A stretch of DNA of 64,000 nucleotides from Polyangiales bacterium (GCA_038231275.1 JBBRLQ010000001.1:576001-640000); one strand, 5' to 3'; numbered from the stretch's first letter, positions 1 to 13,080 are shown. Translations and numbers: made by a program. Notes: generated by a model not told the origin, from the sequence alone.

Positions 1-207
1 TGGCGGCTCGAGAAGATCAAGAAGCTCTCCCTGGTCGATCCGACGTACCCCGCGCAGTACGCGATCGGCGTCGCAGAGTTTCGTCGCGGTCACTTTGCCG
101 CTTCCTCCGCCGCGTTTCGTACCTGGATCGAGATCCACCCCGACGGACCGTGGAGCCTCCGCGCACGCAACCACCTGAAAGCCGCGATCGAGCTCGGCGG
201 CTACTGA
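1..207 (+). CDS. 3' end of a TPR-like protein (truncated by window start)
   Basis: Frame 1 is open from base 1: ...YAIGVAEFRRGHFAASSAAFRTWIEIHPDGPWSLRARNHL... to TGA at 205-207; TPR-like helix pair pattern. Confidence 0.65.
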   Translation, partial: WRLEKIKKLSLVDPTYPAQYAIGVAEFRRGHFAASSAAFRTWIEIHPDGPWSLRARNHLKAAIELGGY

Positions 208-223
208 AGAAGCGCGGCTCGAT

Positions 224-619
224 TCAGTTCGAGCAGCCGAGGAACGAGACGTAGCAGCACGCGTGGGGCTCGCCGCGCCGGGCGTCGCGGGTCTCGCGTG
301 GGCTGAACGCGGCGCGTGGACTGCCGAGCTCGGTGAGGCAGCGCTCGAAGGGCGGGGGATAGGCGACCGGCACGGCGGTGTCTTCCTCGGGGCGGCACGT
401 GACCTCGCGCCGGCAGCCTCGCGCGCGCTCGGCGACGGGCTCGGTGGGGAGCGGTCGGAACGTGACGCGCACGGCGAGCGCGTCGCCGTCGTCGGGGGAG
501 GCGTCGGGGATCGCAGGCGCGCGGCTCATGGGGACCGTCACGTAGGTCGCGCTGGCGCTGCATCCGCACACGGCCACGGCGAGCGCCGCGCGGCGAAACG
601 ACCGAAAATGCAGGCGCAT
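224..619 (-). CDS. Hypothetical Cys-containing lipoprotein
   Basis: Basic N-terminus plus lipobox-like AVAVCGC; C-terminal CCY motif; TAAACT 7 nt upstream of the ATG. Confidence 0.6.
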   Translation of the reverse strand: MRLHFRSFRRAALAVAVCGCSASATYVTVPMSRAPAIPDASPDDGDALAVRVTFRPLPTEPVAERARGCRREVTCRPEEDTAVPVAYPPPFERCLTELGSPRAAFSPRETRDARRGEPHACCYVSFLGCSN

Positions 620-693
620 CGCGCCAAGTTTACATTTCTTTGCACGACACCGGCCGCTCGTTTTCAGGTCCAAGCGCAAGGTGGAATAGACTC

Positions 694-1383
694 ATGCTCG
701 ACATGCGCGCCCTCCTGGTCGATGACGATCGCGATCTCGCGCGTCTGCTCCAAGATTACCTCGGCCCTCACGGCGTCGAGCTCGAGCACGTCGAGACCGG
801 CGCCATCGCCCTCGACCGGCTCGATTCACGCGCGTACGACGTCGTCCTCCTCGACGTGATGCTCCCCGGCGCCGACGGTTTCGAGGTGTGCCGCCGCATC
901 CGCAGGAAGCACGAGGTGCCCATCGTGATGCTCACCGCGCGTGGGGAGGACACCGATCGCATCGTCGGGCTCGAGCTCGGCGCCGACGACTACGTGCCCA
1001 AGCCCTTCAACCCTCGCGAGCTCCTCGCGCGGGTCCGCGCCGTCATGCGCCGCGCGCGCCCCGGCGCGGTCAGCGAGCGCCTGGCCGTCGGCGATTTGGA
1101 CATCGACGTGCCCGCCCACAAAGTCTCGCTCTCCGGCAAAGAGGTCACGCTCACCTCGTTCGAGTTCCGGCTCCTCGTCGCGCTCGCGCGCCGCGCCGGC
1201 GAGACCGTGCCGCGCGAAGAGCTCGCCAGCGCGCTCAAGGGCGGCGCGTACGATCCGACCGTCGACCGCTCGCTCGACGTCCACGTGAGCCATCTCCGCC
1301 AGAAGCTCGAGGACGACGCGCGCGAGCCCAAACGAATCCGCACGGTGCGCGGCGTCGGGTACGCGCTGGTCCGGCCGTCGTGA
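694..1383 (+). CDS. OmpR/PhoB-family response regulator
   Basis: LLVDDD...LLDVMLPG...KPF receiver domain; winged-helix C-terminus (RSLDVHVSHLRQKL, IRTVRGVGY); start could also be 703. Confidence 0.95.
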   Translation: MLDMRALLVDDDRDLARLLQDYLGPHGVELEHVETGAIALDRLDSRAYDVVLLDVMLPGADGFEVCRRIRRKHEVPIVMLTARGEDTDRIVGLELGADDYVPKPFNPRELLARVRAVMRRARPGAVSERLAVGDLDIDVPAHKVSLSGKEVTLTSFEFRLLVALARRAGETVPREELASALKGGAYDPTVDRSLDVHVSHLRQKLEDDAREPKRIRTVRGVGYALVRPS

Positions 1384-2705
1384 AACGGCGCGGCCGCCAC
1401 GGTCAGCGGCCGAGGCTGCGGCGGCTCAAGACGCGCCTCTTCTTGTGGTTCCTCGGGGCGATCGTGATGGCGATCGCGTCGAGCGCGGCCGTCGTCTACC
1501 TCACGCGGCCCGAGCAGACCGAGGGTCCGGTGAAGATCGTCTCGCGCACCGTCGCCGCGCGCCTCTCCCGCGACTGGAACGATCCGCGCGCATGCGACGC
1601 ATACGTCTCGCACCTGCGCGACGGGACGGGGCTCGATCTCAAGCTCGTGCGCGATCCGTCGACGTTGCCCCCGTTCATCAAGAAGCACCGCGGTCAGGGC
1701 GGCCCGGTCGTCTTCACGCACGACGGCCGCGGATTCATCCCGGTCGCGCGCGAAGGGACCTTGGTCGGCGCCGTCGAGTTCGACACCGGCATGCCGGCCG
1801 GGCCGCATCTCTGGCGCCTCGGCGCGGTGCTCGTCGTCGCGCTCATCGTCTTGGCGCTGGCGGCCGTGCGGGTGTCGCGGCAGTTCGCGCGTCCTCTCGA
1901 GCAAGTCGCGAGCGCCGCGGAGCGCTTTGGCGCAGGAGAGCTCTCGGCGCGCGCCGCCGTCGGGGACAAGCCGCGCCGCTGGGTCGCGAGCGAGGTCGCG
2001 GAGGTCGCCAGCGCGTTCGATCGCATGGCCGAGCGCATCGAAGGAGTCGTCCGCGATCAGCGCGAGCTCCTCGCCGCGATCAGCCACGAGCTCCGCTCCC
2101 CCCTCGGCCGCGCGCGCGTCGCGCTCGAAATCGCGCGCGAGAGCGCCGATCCGGAGAAACCCCTCGGCGACGTGGAGCGCCAGCTGGGCGAGGTCGACGC
2201 GATCCTCGGCGATCTCCTCGCCTCCGCGCGCGCCGGGCTCAGCGATCTCCGCGCCGAGAAGACGCGCCTCTTGCCGTGGCTCCGCGCGCGCGTGGTCGCC
2301 GAGCCGACGCCGCCGGCGATCGAGATCCTCGCTTCGGAAGAGGCGGAGGACGTCGAGCTCTCCCTCGATCCGGCGCTCATGGGCCGGGCCCTCCACAACC
2401 TCATCGCCAACGCCAAGAACCACGGCCACCCCGAGGCCGAGCCGATCGAGCTCCACGTCGAGCTCGACGACGCCAAGATCTCCCTGATCGTCCGCGATCG
2501 CGGGCCTGGGTTTTCATCCGACATGATCGACCGCGCCTTCGAGCCCTTCGTCCGGGGAGATGCGGCACGAAGTCCCGGCCGCGGCACCGGCTTGGGCCTC
2601 GCCCTCGTTCGGCGCATCGCCGAAGCCCACAAGGGCCGGGCCTTCGCGCGCAACGCGGTCGAAGGGAGCGGCGCCGAGGTCGGAATCGAGCTTCCGCTTC
2701 GCTGA
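1380..2705 (+). CDS. HAMP-domain membrane sensor histidine kinase
   Basis: GTGA overlap with the regulator; 2 TM segments, HAMP, H-box ISHELRSPL, N-box NLIANA, DRGPG, GTGLGL. Confidence 0.93.
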   Translation: MKRRGRHGQRPRLRRLKTRLFLWFLGAIVMAIASSAAVVYLTRPEQTEGPVKIVSRTVAARLSRDWNDPRACDAYVSHLRDGTGLDLKLVRDPSTLPPFIKKHRGQGGPVVFTHDGRGFIPVAREGTLVGAVEFDTGMPAGPHLWRLGAVLVVALIVLALAAVRVSRQFARPLEQVASAAERFGAGELSARAAVGDKPRRWVASEVAEVASAFDRMAERIEGVVRDQRELLAAISHELRSPLGRARVALEIARESADPEKPLGDVERQLGEVDAILGDLLASARAGLSDLRAEKTRLLPWLRARVVAEPTPPAIEILASEEAEDVELSLDPALMGRALHNLIANAKNHGHPEAEPIELHVELDDAKISLIVRDRGPGFSSDMIDRAFEPFVRGDAARSPGRGTGLGLALVRRIAEAHKGRAFARNAVEGSGAEVGIELPLR

Positions 2706-2732
2706 AGGTGCTAGCGTTTCGCCCTAGGGGCG

Positions 2733-3362
2733 ATGCGCGGTTTTCTGCGATTCATGCTGTGGACGTTGGGCATCCTGGGCGTCATTGGCCTGGTCCTGTA
2801 CCTGCTCGTCTTCGACGCGTGGATCGTGCCTGGCGACGATCCCGTCGCGTCGGTCGCCATCGAGCCGACGCTACACCCCGGGGATCACCTCCTCCTCACG
2901 CGCGGCTCCGACGTGAGGCCCGGCCACCTCGTGCGGTGCATCGATCCCGACGCGCCCGGTCGCTTCGTCGTCGGTCGCGTCGTCGCGAAGGGCGGGGACA
3001 CGGTGGCGGTCGACGAGATCGTCGTCATCAACGGCAAGCGCAACCCGTCGCCCCACGCGTGCGTCGAGTCGAAGCGCAGCATGCGTCACCCGGTGACGGG
3101 GGAGGACATCGTCCTCGACTGCGGCGTGGAGGACACCGACGGCAACGAGCACGAGGCACTCCGCTACAACCTCCACCCCGAGGCGACGCTCAAGACGAAG
3201 GTCGAGACCGACAAGATCTTCCTCGTCAGCGACAACCGCCACATCCACCTCGATTCGCGCGACTTCGGCCAGATCTCTGCGACGAGCTGCCAACACATCG
3301 TCTACCGCCCGTGGGGAGAGACGTATTTCGACGCCCGCAAGCGCTTCACGTTCCTCTGGTAG
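2733..3362 (+). CDS. Signal peptidase I (S26)-like protein, catalytic Ser/Lys apparently lost
   Basis: N-terminal TM; AIEPTLHPGD (box B), VGRVVAKGGDTV (box D), SDNRHIHLDSRDFG (box E). Confidence 0.85.
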   Translation: MRGFLRFMLWTLGILGVIGLVLYLLVFDAWIVPGDDPVASVAIEPTLHPGDHLLLTRGSDVRPGHLVRCIDPDAPGRFVVGRVVAKGGDTVAVDEIVVINGKRNPSPHACVESKRSMRHPVTGEDIVLDCGVEDTDGNEHEALRYNLHPEATLKTKVETDKIFLVSDNRHIHLDSRDFGQISATSCQHIVYRPWGETYFDARKRFTFLW

Positions 3363-3412
3363 AGTGGCCTTTTCGTGAGTCCTTTAGTAGGCTTCGCCTG
3401 GGCCTGACCTAG

Positions 3413-4504
3413 ATGGCGTCGATCGAAATCGGCATCGTTTGCGCGACTTGCGACACGTACAGCGTGATCGGCGCGCCGACGTGCGAGATTTGCAAGAACG
3501 AGCTCGCGCTGTTTCGCGCGGTGCCGGCCCCCGCGCCGATCGTGCCGGTGCTTGCCGGGCCGCCCTCGTCGGGGGGTCCTCAGTCGGTCCGTCGCCCCGG
3601 CGAGCCTTCCCTGTTCGACGATCCGCTCAGGCCTCGGAAACGACCCACCCCCGGCGGCCAGCGCGCGGTCACCGGTGGCATCGATGCACGCAGTACCGGA
3701 CCAACGTCCGTGGAGGACCTCATGGAGCAAGCGAAGAACTTCATCTGCCGGTCGTGCTCGACGCCCGTGCCCATGGGCCACAAATTCTGCGGCCGCTGCG
3801 GCGCCGCCGTCCCGCCGGAGATCCTGAACGCCCGGACGCAGTTTTTCGGTCAGCTCCAGGCGCCCGGCAAGGCGAAGCTGATCCTGATCCGCGGCGAGGG
3901 CGTCGAGGGGCTCAGCTACCAGCTGAACGCCGAGCAGCACGTCGTCGGGCGCAACGGGCAACTCGTCTTTCCCGACGATCCGTTCGTCTCGCCGAAGCAT
4001 GCGAACCTCTTCTACCGAAACGGCAAGCTCGTCGTGCGCGACGAGGGCTCGCTGAACGGCGTCTTCCTCCGCGTGCGCGGCACCATCGACGTCGCCGTGA
4101 ACGACGCGTTCCTTGCGGGCGAGCAGCTGTTCCGTATCGACGCGACGCCCAAAGCGAGCGACGGCCCGGCGCCCGACGGCACGTACTTCTACTCGTCGCC
4201 CAAGCACCAGAGCCCGTTCCGCATCACGCAAATCCTGCAGGGCGGCTCGCCAGGGATGACCGTGTGCGCGCGCGCGAGCGGCCTTCAGATCGGCCGCGAG
4301 GGCGGGGACCTGAACTTTCCGAGCGATCTCTACATGAGCGCCTCGCACTGCAAGATCGAGGACGTGGGCGGCAAGATCTCGCTCACCGACTTGAACAGCC
4401 GCAACGGCACGTACATTCGCCTCAAGGCGGAGCGCGAGCTCGCTCACGGCGACTACCTCTTCATCGGCCGGAAGCTCCTGCGGGTCGAGATCACCGCGGC
4501 CTAG
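3413..4504 (+). CDS. Zinc-ribbon plus tandem FHA domain protein
   Basis: Two CxxC...CxxC ribbons; two FHA domains, each with GR, SxxH and NG motifs. Confidence 0.9.
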   Translation: MASIEIGIVCATCDTYSVIGAPTCEICKNELALFRAVPAPAPIVPVLAGPPSSGGPQSVRRPGEPSLFDDPLRPRKRPTPGGQRAVTGGIDARSTGPTSVEDLMEQAKNFICRSCSTPVPMGHKFCGRCGAAVPPEILNARTQFFGQLQAPGKAKLILIRGEGVEGLSYQLNAEQHVVGRNGQLVFPDDPFVSPKHANLFYRNGKLVVRDEGSLNGVFLRVRGTIDVAVNDAFLAGEQLFRIDATPKASDGPAPDGTYFYSSPKHQSPFRITQILQGGSPGMTVCARASGLQIGREGGDLNFPSDLYMSASHCKIEDVGGKISLTDLNSRNGTYIRLKAERELAHGDYLFIGRKLLRVEITAA

Positions 4505-4508
4505 AAAA

Positions 4509-5138
4509 TCAGCGCTTCTTCGCGATGTCGCCCACCGGCGGCGCGGACGTGAGGCCGAGCGCGTGCTTCGCCACGGCGGCGACCGCCTTGAGGACCGTGC
4601 TCGGCAGCGTGTCGATCAGCGCCTCGAGATCGATCGGACCCTCGCTCGCCGGCAAGAGCTCCGAGAAGATGACCGCGAAGCGATCGTATTTGCGCATGAG
4701 CGTGTTCAAGCGATCACGGAGGGCGTCGGCCTCGGGGCCCTGCGCGTCGCCGAGCATCTCGAGCGCGCGGCGCGAGAGCTGACGCTTGTCCGCGACGACG
4801 CGGCGGAGGCGCGTGAGGTACGCGCCGATGATCACGTCCGGGTATTTGCCGCGTAACGCGAAGGAGTCGTAGCGCGCGCCGCTCTCGCGACGGCGCTCGA
4901 CGATGCCGGCCGCCTCGAGCCCGCGGAGGTTCGCGAAGATGTTGCTCTTGGAGCGGCCGAGCTCGGCGGACAGCTCGTCCATCGACCGCGGCTCGTCGGA
5001 GAGGTAGAGCGCGGCGACGACCTGACCGCCGAGACGCGTGATGCCAGGAAAGCTGTCGGCGATCTCCGCCCCGACCCCTTCGAGGAGCTCACGGCGCGCG
5101 GCCGCGACGGGTTCCGTCGGTTTCTGGTCCCTGGTCAT
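4509..5138 (-). CDS. GbsR/MarR-family transcriptional regulator
   Basis: [51 protein letters not shown] wHTH. Confidence 0.85.
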   Translation of the reverse strand: MTRDQKPTEPVAAARRELLEGVGAEIADSFPGITRLGGQVVAALYLSDEPRSMDELSAELGRSKSNIFANLRGLEAAGIVERRRESGARYDSFALRGKYPDVIIGAYLTRLRRVVADKRQLSRRALEMLGDAQGPEADALRDRLNTLMRKYDRFAVIFSELLPASEGPIDLEALIDTLPSTVLKAVAAVAKHALGLTSAPPVGDIAKKR

Positions 5139-5307
5139 TTCGGACAGCCACCGATGCACTATCACGGGTGGGGCGGCGGAAGAACGACTATGGCCCTTCG
5201 CGTGGAGGTGAGCGGAATCGGCGCGGCGCTGCGCAGCGTTTGCTCTCCCGCACGCGGTAGGACGCTGGATCTCGGGCAAAATAGCCCGGACCACTCTTTG
5301 CTAAGCC

Positions 5308-6129
5308 ATGAGCATGAGCGTTTTCATGCGCGGCGCAGCGGCGTCGATGTGCGGCCTGCTTCTTTTCGCGTGCACGATCAAGAATACGGACACCAACGGC
5401 GGGACGGGCGGCACCGGTCAAGGAGACGCGGGCCCCGGGACCGGCGGCGATGGAGGGGCGGCGGGCGCGAGCAAGAGTCGCAACTGCCAAGCCGTCGTCC
5501 AGTGCGCCATCGCCTGCGCGGACGCGGACTCGGCGTGCCGGAACGCGTGCCTCGCGAGCGGGACCGACGATGGCCAGGCGAAGGCGATCGCTTTGTCGAA
5601 TTGCCTCGGGGCCAACAGCTGCGCCGACTCGGCGTGCGTCCAGTCGAAATGCGCGACCGAGCTGAACGCGTGCCTCGTGACGCCGGCCCCCACCGGCGGG
5701 CAACCCATCACGGGCGCGCCGCCGCCTGGCTCGGTACCCTCGGACTTCGTCGGCACGTGGAAACGAACGACGTACACCGGCGCCGACGACTTCACGTTCA
5801 ACGCCGACGGCACCGCGAGTCGAAAACAAATCGAGGTGAGCTCCTTCGCCGGGTGCTCCAACACGGTGGCGTTCGAGTACGCGGGCACGGTCGTGTTCAC
5901 GCCCGCGCACGACGGCTTCACCTTTTACATCACCACCGCAACGAACACGTCGAGCGCGTGCGGCCAGTCGTCCAGCTCCGCGGGAACGACGGGCGCATTC
6001 GACTTCACCATCGAGCCGATCCCGGCGTTGGGACCCGGCAAGGATTGGTTTTTCAACGTCCAGGGTTGCCCGGTCACGGCGGAAGTGGACAAGCGCATTC
6101 AGTGCGGAGGCGAGTACGATCTGAAGTAA
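5308..6129 (+). CDS. Cys-rich lipoprotein
   Basis: Lipobox LLFAC, Gly-rich linker, Cys-rich helical domain, then a beta-rich domain (FVGTWK...). Confidence 0.8.
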   Translation: MSMSVFMRGAAASMCGLLLFACTIKNTDTNGGTGGTGQGDAGPGTGGDGGAAGASKSRNCQAVVQCAIACADADSACRNACLASGTDDGQAKAIALSNCLGANSCADSACVQSKCATELNACLVTPAPTGGQPITGAPPPGSVPSDFVGTWKRTTYTGADDFTFNADGTASRKQIEVSSFAGCSNTVAFEYAGTVVFTPAHDGFTFYITTATNTSSACGQSSSSAGTTGAFDFTIEPIPALGPGKDWFFNVQGCPVTAEVDKRIQCGGEYDLK

Positions 6130-6146
6130 CGAGAGAGAGACCGCCC

Positions 6147-8147
6147 ATGAATCGACTGGCCAAGGAAGCCTCCCCGTACCTCGTCCAGCACGCGAACAAT
6201 CCCGTCGATTGGTACCCGTGGGGCCCTGAGGCGCTCGAGCGGTCGCGGCGGGAGGACAAGCCGATCCTCCTCTCGATCGGCTACTCGGCCTGCCACTGGT
6301 GCCACGTCATGGAGCGCGAGAGCTTCGAGGACGAGGCGACGGCGAAGCTCATGAACGAGCTTTACGTCTCCATCAAGGTCGATCGCGAGGAGCGCCCCGA
6401 TCTCGATCAAATCTACCAGCTCGTCGTGCAGATCATGGGACGCAGCGGCGGGTGGCCGCTCACCGTGTTCCTCACGCCGGCGCAGAAGCCCTTCTTCGCC
6501 GGGACGTACTATCCGCCCGAAGAGCGCTACGGCATGCCGAGCTTCCAGAAGGTGCTCCGCGCGGTCGCCGATGCGTACCAGGTCAAGCGCGGCGACGTGA
6601 CCGCGCAGGCCGACGAGATCGCCGAGGCGATCGCGAAGGTGTCGCGCGTGGACGACACGCCGGGCTTTCGCATGGGCCCCGAGGTCCTCGAGCGCGCGGT
6701 CTTCACGCTGGGCCGAAGGTTCGACGACACGAACGGCGGCTTCGGTACGCGCCCGAAATTTCCGAACACGATGCCGCTCGAGGCGCTGCTGCGGCGCGGC
6801 GCGCTCGATGGCGACGCGGCATCGCTCGCGCGCGTGGTGATGGCGCTCGACGGCATGCGGGCGGGCGGCGTCTACGATCAGCTCGGCGGCGGTTTTCACC
6901 GCTACTCGACCGACGAGAAGTGGCTCGTCCCGCACTTCGAGAAGATGCTCTACGACAACGCGCTCCTCCTCCGCCTCAACGTCGACGCGTGGCGCGCGAC
7001 GAAAGAAGAGCGCTTCGCGGCGACCGCGCGCGAGATCGTCGCGTACGTCGCGCGCGAGATGACGTCTCCGGACGGCGGACTTTACGCGACGCAAGACGCC
7101 GACAGCGAAGGCGAGGAAGGGAAGTTCTTCGTCTGGACGCCGGCGGACATCGACGGCCTTCTCGACGCCGACGAGTACCGCGCGGCGCGCGAGGCGTTCG
7201 GGATTACGGACCACGGCAATTTCGAGGAGGGCGGCGCGACCGTGCTCTCGCTCGTGCACGGCGCGGGCGACGCGGAGACTGCGGCGCTCGCGCGCGCGAA
7301 GGCGAAAATGCTCGCGGCGCGCGAGAAGAGGATCAAGCCGTTCCGCGACGAGAAGATCCTCGCGAGCTGGAACGGGCTCATGATCAAGTCGCTCGTCGAC
7401 GCAGGGGCGGCGCTGGGCGATCCGGAGGCGATCGCGATGGCGCGGCGCGCGTTCGACTTCGTGACGCGCGCGCTCGTGAGGGACGGTCGCGTGCTGCGCC
7501 TCGTGAAGGACGGAGTCACGCGCGGGCCGGGATTTCTCGACGACTATTCGTTCGTGGCCGACGCCGCGCTGGAGCTGTACGAAGTGACCGGCGACGCGTC
7601 CTACGTGGCGATCGCGCGTGCCCTCGCCGACGCGATGCTCGCGCATTTCTGGGACGAGGCGTCGGGCGCGTTCTACTTCACGCCGTCCGACGGCGAGACG
7701 CTGATTCATCGCGCACAAGACCCCTACGATCACGCGATCCCGAGCGGCGCCGCGATCGCGCTCCAGGTAATGGCCCGCGTCGGCGCGATGGTCGACGAGA
7801 AGTACCTCCGCGTCGCCGAGCGCGGCACCGAGCGCCTGGCCCCTGCGGCGATGGAAAATCCATTCGGGATGGCGCAGACCCTCATGAACGTCGACCGGCT
7901 CGTGCGTGGCACGATCGACGTCGTGCTCGTAGGTGCGATCGACGATCCGGCGACGCGCGCGCTGGCGAAGGTCGCGTTCGAGGCCTACGTGCCGAACCGC
8001 GTCGTCGCGTGGAGCGAAGGGGCGCCGCTCCTCGCGGCCGACAAGCCGAAGAAAGAGCGACCGGTCGCCTACGTGTGCAAAGGTCGCGCGTGCTCTGCGC
8101 CGGTCGACACGGCCGAAGCCCTTCGTGCGCTCCTCGCCGCGCGCTGA
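6147..8147 (+). CDS. Thioredoxin domain-containing protein (YyaL/SSP411 family)
   Basis: [46 protein letters not shown]. Confidence 0.95.
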   Translation: MNRLAKEASPYLVQHANNPVDWYPWGPEALERSRREDKPILLSIGYSACHWCHVMERESFEDEATAKLMNELYVSIKVDREERPDLDQIYQLVVQIMGRSGGWPLTVFLTPAQKPFFAGTYYPPEERYGMPSFQKVLRAVADAYQVKRGDVTAQADEIAEAIAKVSRVDDTPGFRMGPEVLERAVFTLGRRFDDTNGGFGTRPKFPNTMPLEALLRRGALDGDAASLARVVMALDGMRAGGVYDQLGGGFHRYSTDEKWLVPHFEKMLYDNALLLRLNVDAWRATKEERFAATAREIVAYVAREMTSPDGGLYATQDADSEGEEGKFFVWTPADIDGLLDADEYRAAREAFGITDHGNFEEGGATVLSLVHGAGDAETAALARAKAKMLAAREKRIKPFRDEKILASWNGLMIKSLVDAGAALGDPEAIAMARRAFDFVTRALVRDGRVLRLVKDGVTRGPGFLDDYSFVADAALELYEVTGDASYVAIARALADAMLAHFWDEASGAFYFTPSDGETLIHRAQDPYDHAIPSGAAIALQVMARVGAMVDEKYLRVAERGTERLAPAAMENPFGMAQTLMNVDRLVRGTIDVVLVGAIDDPATRALAKVAFEAYVPNRVVAWSEGAPLLAADKPKKERPVAYVCKGRACSAPVDTAEALRALLAAR

Positions 8148-8162
8148 TCCGACGCGCGCAGA

Positions 8163-9539
8163 TCAGCCGCGGCGCGCGGTGCGATTCTGGCGATAGTGCG
8201 AGCCGCCGCCGCGATGGCCGCCGCCGGTCCGCTGCGGCGCGGCAGGGGCGGCGAGATCGGCCTCGGCGCGCAGGCGCTCGATGACCTCGGTGCTCTTGCC
8301 GCGCGCGATGAGATCGATCTCGAGGGCTTCGATCGCCGGCGCCGCGAGATCGGTCTTCAGGAACCGCCCGGCGCGCCCCACCGCGAGGCGCGGGAGGATC
8401 GCCACGATGCGCCGCAGACCGTCGGCGATGCGCCTCGGCATGGCGATGCGCTCGATGATCGGCTCGAGGAACTCGTACGCGGCGGCGACCGGATCGCCCG
8501 CGCCGAGCATCGACTCGGCGAGCGGCTCGTGGAGGAGCGCCGTGAAGAGCACGCCGTCGTCGAGCGGGCCGCCGCGCTGCTTGGTCTTGCGATCGATCGC
8601 GTCCATGCGTCGGAAGAAGCGCGCGCCGCCGCCCTCGGTCGCGTCGTCGTCGTCGAGGTAGGCGGCGAGCTCGGGCAGGAGCACCGCCATCGCGCCGATT
8701 TCCCACATGAGCCACATCGAGCGATGGGCTGCGCCGCCGCGCATGAGGCGCAAGATCTCCTCGAACAGGCGAGGCCTCGCCGCGCGCGCGAGCTCTCCGC
8801 GCTGGCCGACCATCGCGTCGTACACGTCCGGCTCGATGCCGAGATCGAGGCGCCCCGCGAACTTGATCGCGCGGAGGATGCGCACCGGATCCTCGCGGAA
8901 GCGGACGATCGGATCGCCGATCGTGTGGATGGTGCGCCCCTTGATGTGCGCCATGCCGCCGCACCAGTCGAGGATCTGGCGGCGATCGAGATCGTAAAAG
9001 AGCGCGTTGATCGTAAAATCTCGGCGCAGCGCGTCCTCGTGCGCCTCGCCGAAGACGTTGTCGTTGCGGATGAGGATGTCCTCGTCGATCGCTTCGCCGT
9101 CGTCTTCGGGGGCCTCGGTCTGGGGGTTGCGGCGGAAGGTCGCGACCTCCACCACCTTGCCGCCTTGAAAGAGGATGTGCGCGAGGCGGAAGCGCCGGCC
9201 GATGACGCGGCAGTTGCGGAAGAGGCCCCTCACATCGTCCGGTCGCGCGCTCGTCGCGATGTCGAAGTCCTTCGGCTTGCTGCCGAGGAGGAGATCGCGG
9301 ACGCAGCCGCCGACGAGGTAGGCTTGAAAGCCCGCGCGCTCGAGGCGCCTTACGACCTTCGCGGCGTCGGGATCGATGCCCGATTCCTCGAGCGCGACGT
9401 CGTGCCGCACGAGGGTGGTGCCGGCGTGTCGCTCGGCGATCACCTTGGCAGGGTCGGCGACGGCGGCGGCTAGGGTGTTCGCGTCGTCCTCGACGCGGAA
9501 CGAGGGGAGATCAGGTAGCTCAGGAGGGGGACGGCGCAT
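8163..9539 (-). CDS. pcnB: Poly(A) polymerase I
   Basis: YLVGGCVRDLLLG..PKDFDIATSA, IGRRFRLAHI (PAP signature), RRDFTINAL, EDPVRILRA. Confidence 0.92.
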   Translation of the reverse strand: MRRPPPELPDLPSFRVEDDANTLAAAVADPAKVIAERHAGTTLVRHDVALEESGIDPDAAKVVRRLERAGFQAYLVGGCVRDLLLGSKPKDFDIATSARPDDVRGLFRNCRVIGRRFRLAHILFQGGKVVEVATFRRNPQTEAPEDDGEAIDEDILIRNDNVFGEAHEDALRRDFTINALFYDLDRRQILDWCGGMAHIKGRTIHTIGDPIVRFREDPVRILRAIKFAGRLDLGIEPDVYDAMVGQRGELARAARPRLFEEILRLMRGGAAHRSMWLMWEIGAMAVLLPELAAYLDDDDATEGGGARFFRRMDAIDRKTKQRGGPLDDGVLFTALLHEPLAESMLGAGDPVAAAYEFLEPIIERIAMPRRIADGLRRIVAILPRLAVGRAGRFLKTDLAAPAIEALEIDLIARGKSTEVIERLRAEADLAAPAAPQRTGGGHRGGGSHYRQNRTARRG

Positions 9540-9734
9540 GTAAGGTGGCGAATTCGGCCAGGATTTGGCCCTCTCAACACCTGAGAGCTCGCCTCGCTTT
9601 TCTTCGGTCTTCACTGTACCAGCCGGGGGGCTACGCCGCAATCCATCAAAAAGAGCCCATCACGCGGCGAGGACGAAGAAGCGCGCAGGGAGCGCCAAAG
9701 TGCCCGGGTCGAGGCGTGGTATCCTTTTCGGTTG

Positions 9735-10925
9735 ATGGCGCTCGAGCCGGCGCGACTTCAGGACTTCCAGGTGAATCAGTCGATCGGCGCCGGCTCTACG
9801 GCGAAGGTCTTCGACGCGGTGCACCTTGCGACCGGCAAACAGGTCGCGCTGAAGACGCTCGAGCAAGAGGCGGAGCAATCGGCGGAGCTGCGTGAGCGGC
9901 TCGCGCGCGAGGCGTTCATCCTCGCGGGCGTCGAGAGCAAGCACGTCGGGCGAATCCTCGGCTTCGGGTACGACAACGACATGCCGTTCCTCGTCTTGGA
10001 GCGGCTCCACGGCGAGACGCTCGACGCGCTCATCAAACGCGAGGGGCAGCTGAAGACGCGCGAGATCGTCCACTGGGTGGAGCAGCTCCTCGTCGGCGTC
10101 CGCGACTGCCACTCCGCCGGCATCGTGCACCGCGACATCAAGCCATCCAACGTCTTCCTCCAGCAGGAGGCCAGCGGCGCGCGCATCGTGAAGCTCATCG
10201 ATTTCGGCGTCGCGCGCCTCCGCGAGCTCGCGCAGGTCGGCATCGGCCTCACGCAGACCAACCACCTCCTCGGGAGCATGGGCTACATGGCGCCCGAGCA
10301 GTTCCTGGACCCCAAGAACGCCGGGCCTCCCGCGGATCTCTACGCGGTCGGCGTCGTCGTCTTCCGCGTGATCGCCGGGCGCTTGCCGTTCGTGCACCGC
10401 TCGCTCGAGGCGGTCATTCGCATGAAGTGCGAGGGAGATCCGCCGGCACTCTCGTCGATGCCCAACGTCGTCTCGATCTCCGCGCTCGATCAGTTCTGCA
10501 CGCGCGCGCTGGCCCGCGAACCGTCCATGCGCTTCCAGAGCGCGCGCGAGATGCTCGACGAGTGGTGGAACGTCGTCTCGTACATCGACGAGGAGGCGCC
10601 GCTCACGCTCGACTCGAACGCGCTCGACGTCGTCTTCGAGGACGAGCCCGATCCGGACCCCCTCAACCGGACCTGGTCGGAGGTCCTCACCGCGTCGCAT
10701 CCCGGCGCGGCGACGCAGCGCGAGCCGAACCTCGAGGCGTCGCTCGTCGCGTCGAGCATGCAGACGGTGCCCGATACGATGCGCCCGCCGATGGCTACGC
10801 TCGTCGACGACGCGCAAGGCCCGCCGACCGAAGGCAACACGACCCCCGGTACGAGCAACATCAAGCGCCTCCTCGAGGAGGAGCTCGCGCTGCAGCAAAA
10901 GCCGCCGACCAAGCCGGGCGCCTGA
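9735..10925 (+). CDS. Cytoplasmic Ser/Thr protein kinase
   Basis: GAGSTAKV, VALK, HRDIKPSN, DFG, YMAPE; acidic low-complexity C-terminal tail; TTG at 9732 is an alternative start. Confidence 0.93.
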   Translation: MALEPARLQDFQVNQSIGAGSTAKVFDAVHLATGKQVALKTLEQEAEQSAELRERLAREAFILAGVESKHVGRILGFGYDNDMPFLVLERLHGETLDALIKREGQLKTREIVHWVEQLLVGVRDCHSAGIVHRDIKPSNVFLQQEASGARIVKLIDFGVARLRELAQVGIGLTQTNHLLGSMGYMAPEQFLDPKNAGPPADLYAVGVVVFRVIAGRLPFVHRSLEAVIRMKCEGDPPALSSMPNVVSISALDQFCTRALAREPSMRFQSAREMLDEWWNVVSYIDEEAPLTLDSNALDVVFEDEPDPDPLNRTWSEVLTASHPGAATQREPNLEASLVASSMQTVPDTMRPPMATLVDDAQGPPTEGNTTPGTSNIKRLLEEELALQQKPPTKPGA

Positions 10926-11064
10926 ACGGATCCGTCGAAAATCAAGCCCGTTCGTGCAGTCGCGCTCGCTTCGCGGTTTGTTACACGAATCGTGCCGTAG
11001 CCGTTGACGTCCATGGCCGTGTGATTAGCTTGGGCCACGAAGCCAGAAGGACGGAGTCAGAGCT

Positions 11065-13008
<1,944 letters not shown>

Positions 13009-13040
13009 CCGCGCGTCCGCGGCAACGCGGCGACGAGCCA

Positions 13041-13076
13041 AAGACGGGGTGGAGCAGCTGCTTCACCCCGTTTTTT
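13041..13076 (+). terminator. Intrinsic terminator between convergent dnaK and the 13081 gene
   Basis: ACGGGGTGGAGCA-GC-TGCTTCACCCCGT hairpin followed by T6. Confidence 0.85.
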
Positions 13077-13080
13077 CATT

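Noticed and set aside
5287-5302. sigma54-like motif CGGACCACTCTTTGCT, and a similar GG-N10-GC upstream of the 619 gene
   Set aside because: Weaker match to consensus; bare GG-N10-GC arises often by chance in GC-rich DNA
5154-6146. N-terminal extensions in the ORF track (997-aa YyaL, 605-aa kinase, 744-aa GGT, 245-aa SlyX)
   Set aside because: The extensions overlap real neighbouring genes, and family motifs begin at the downstream starts
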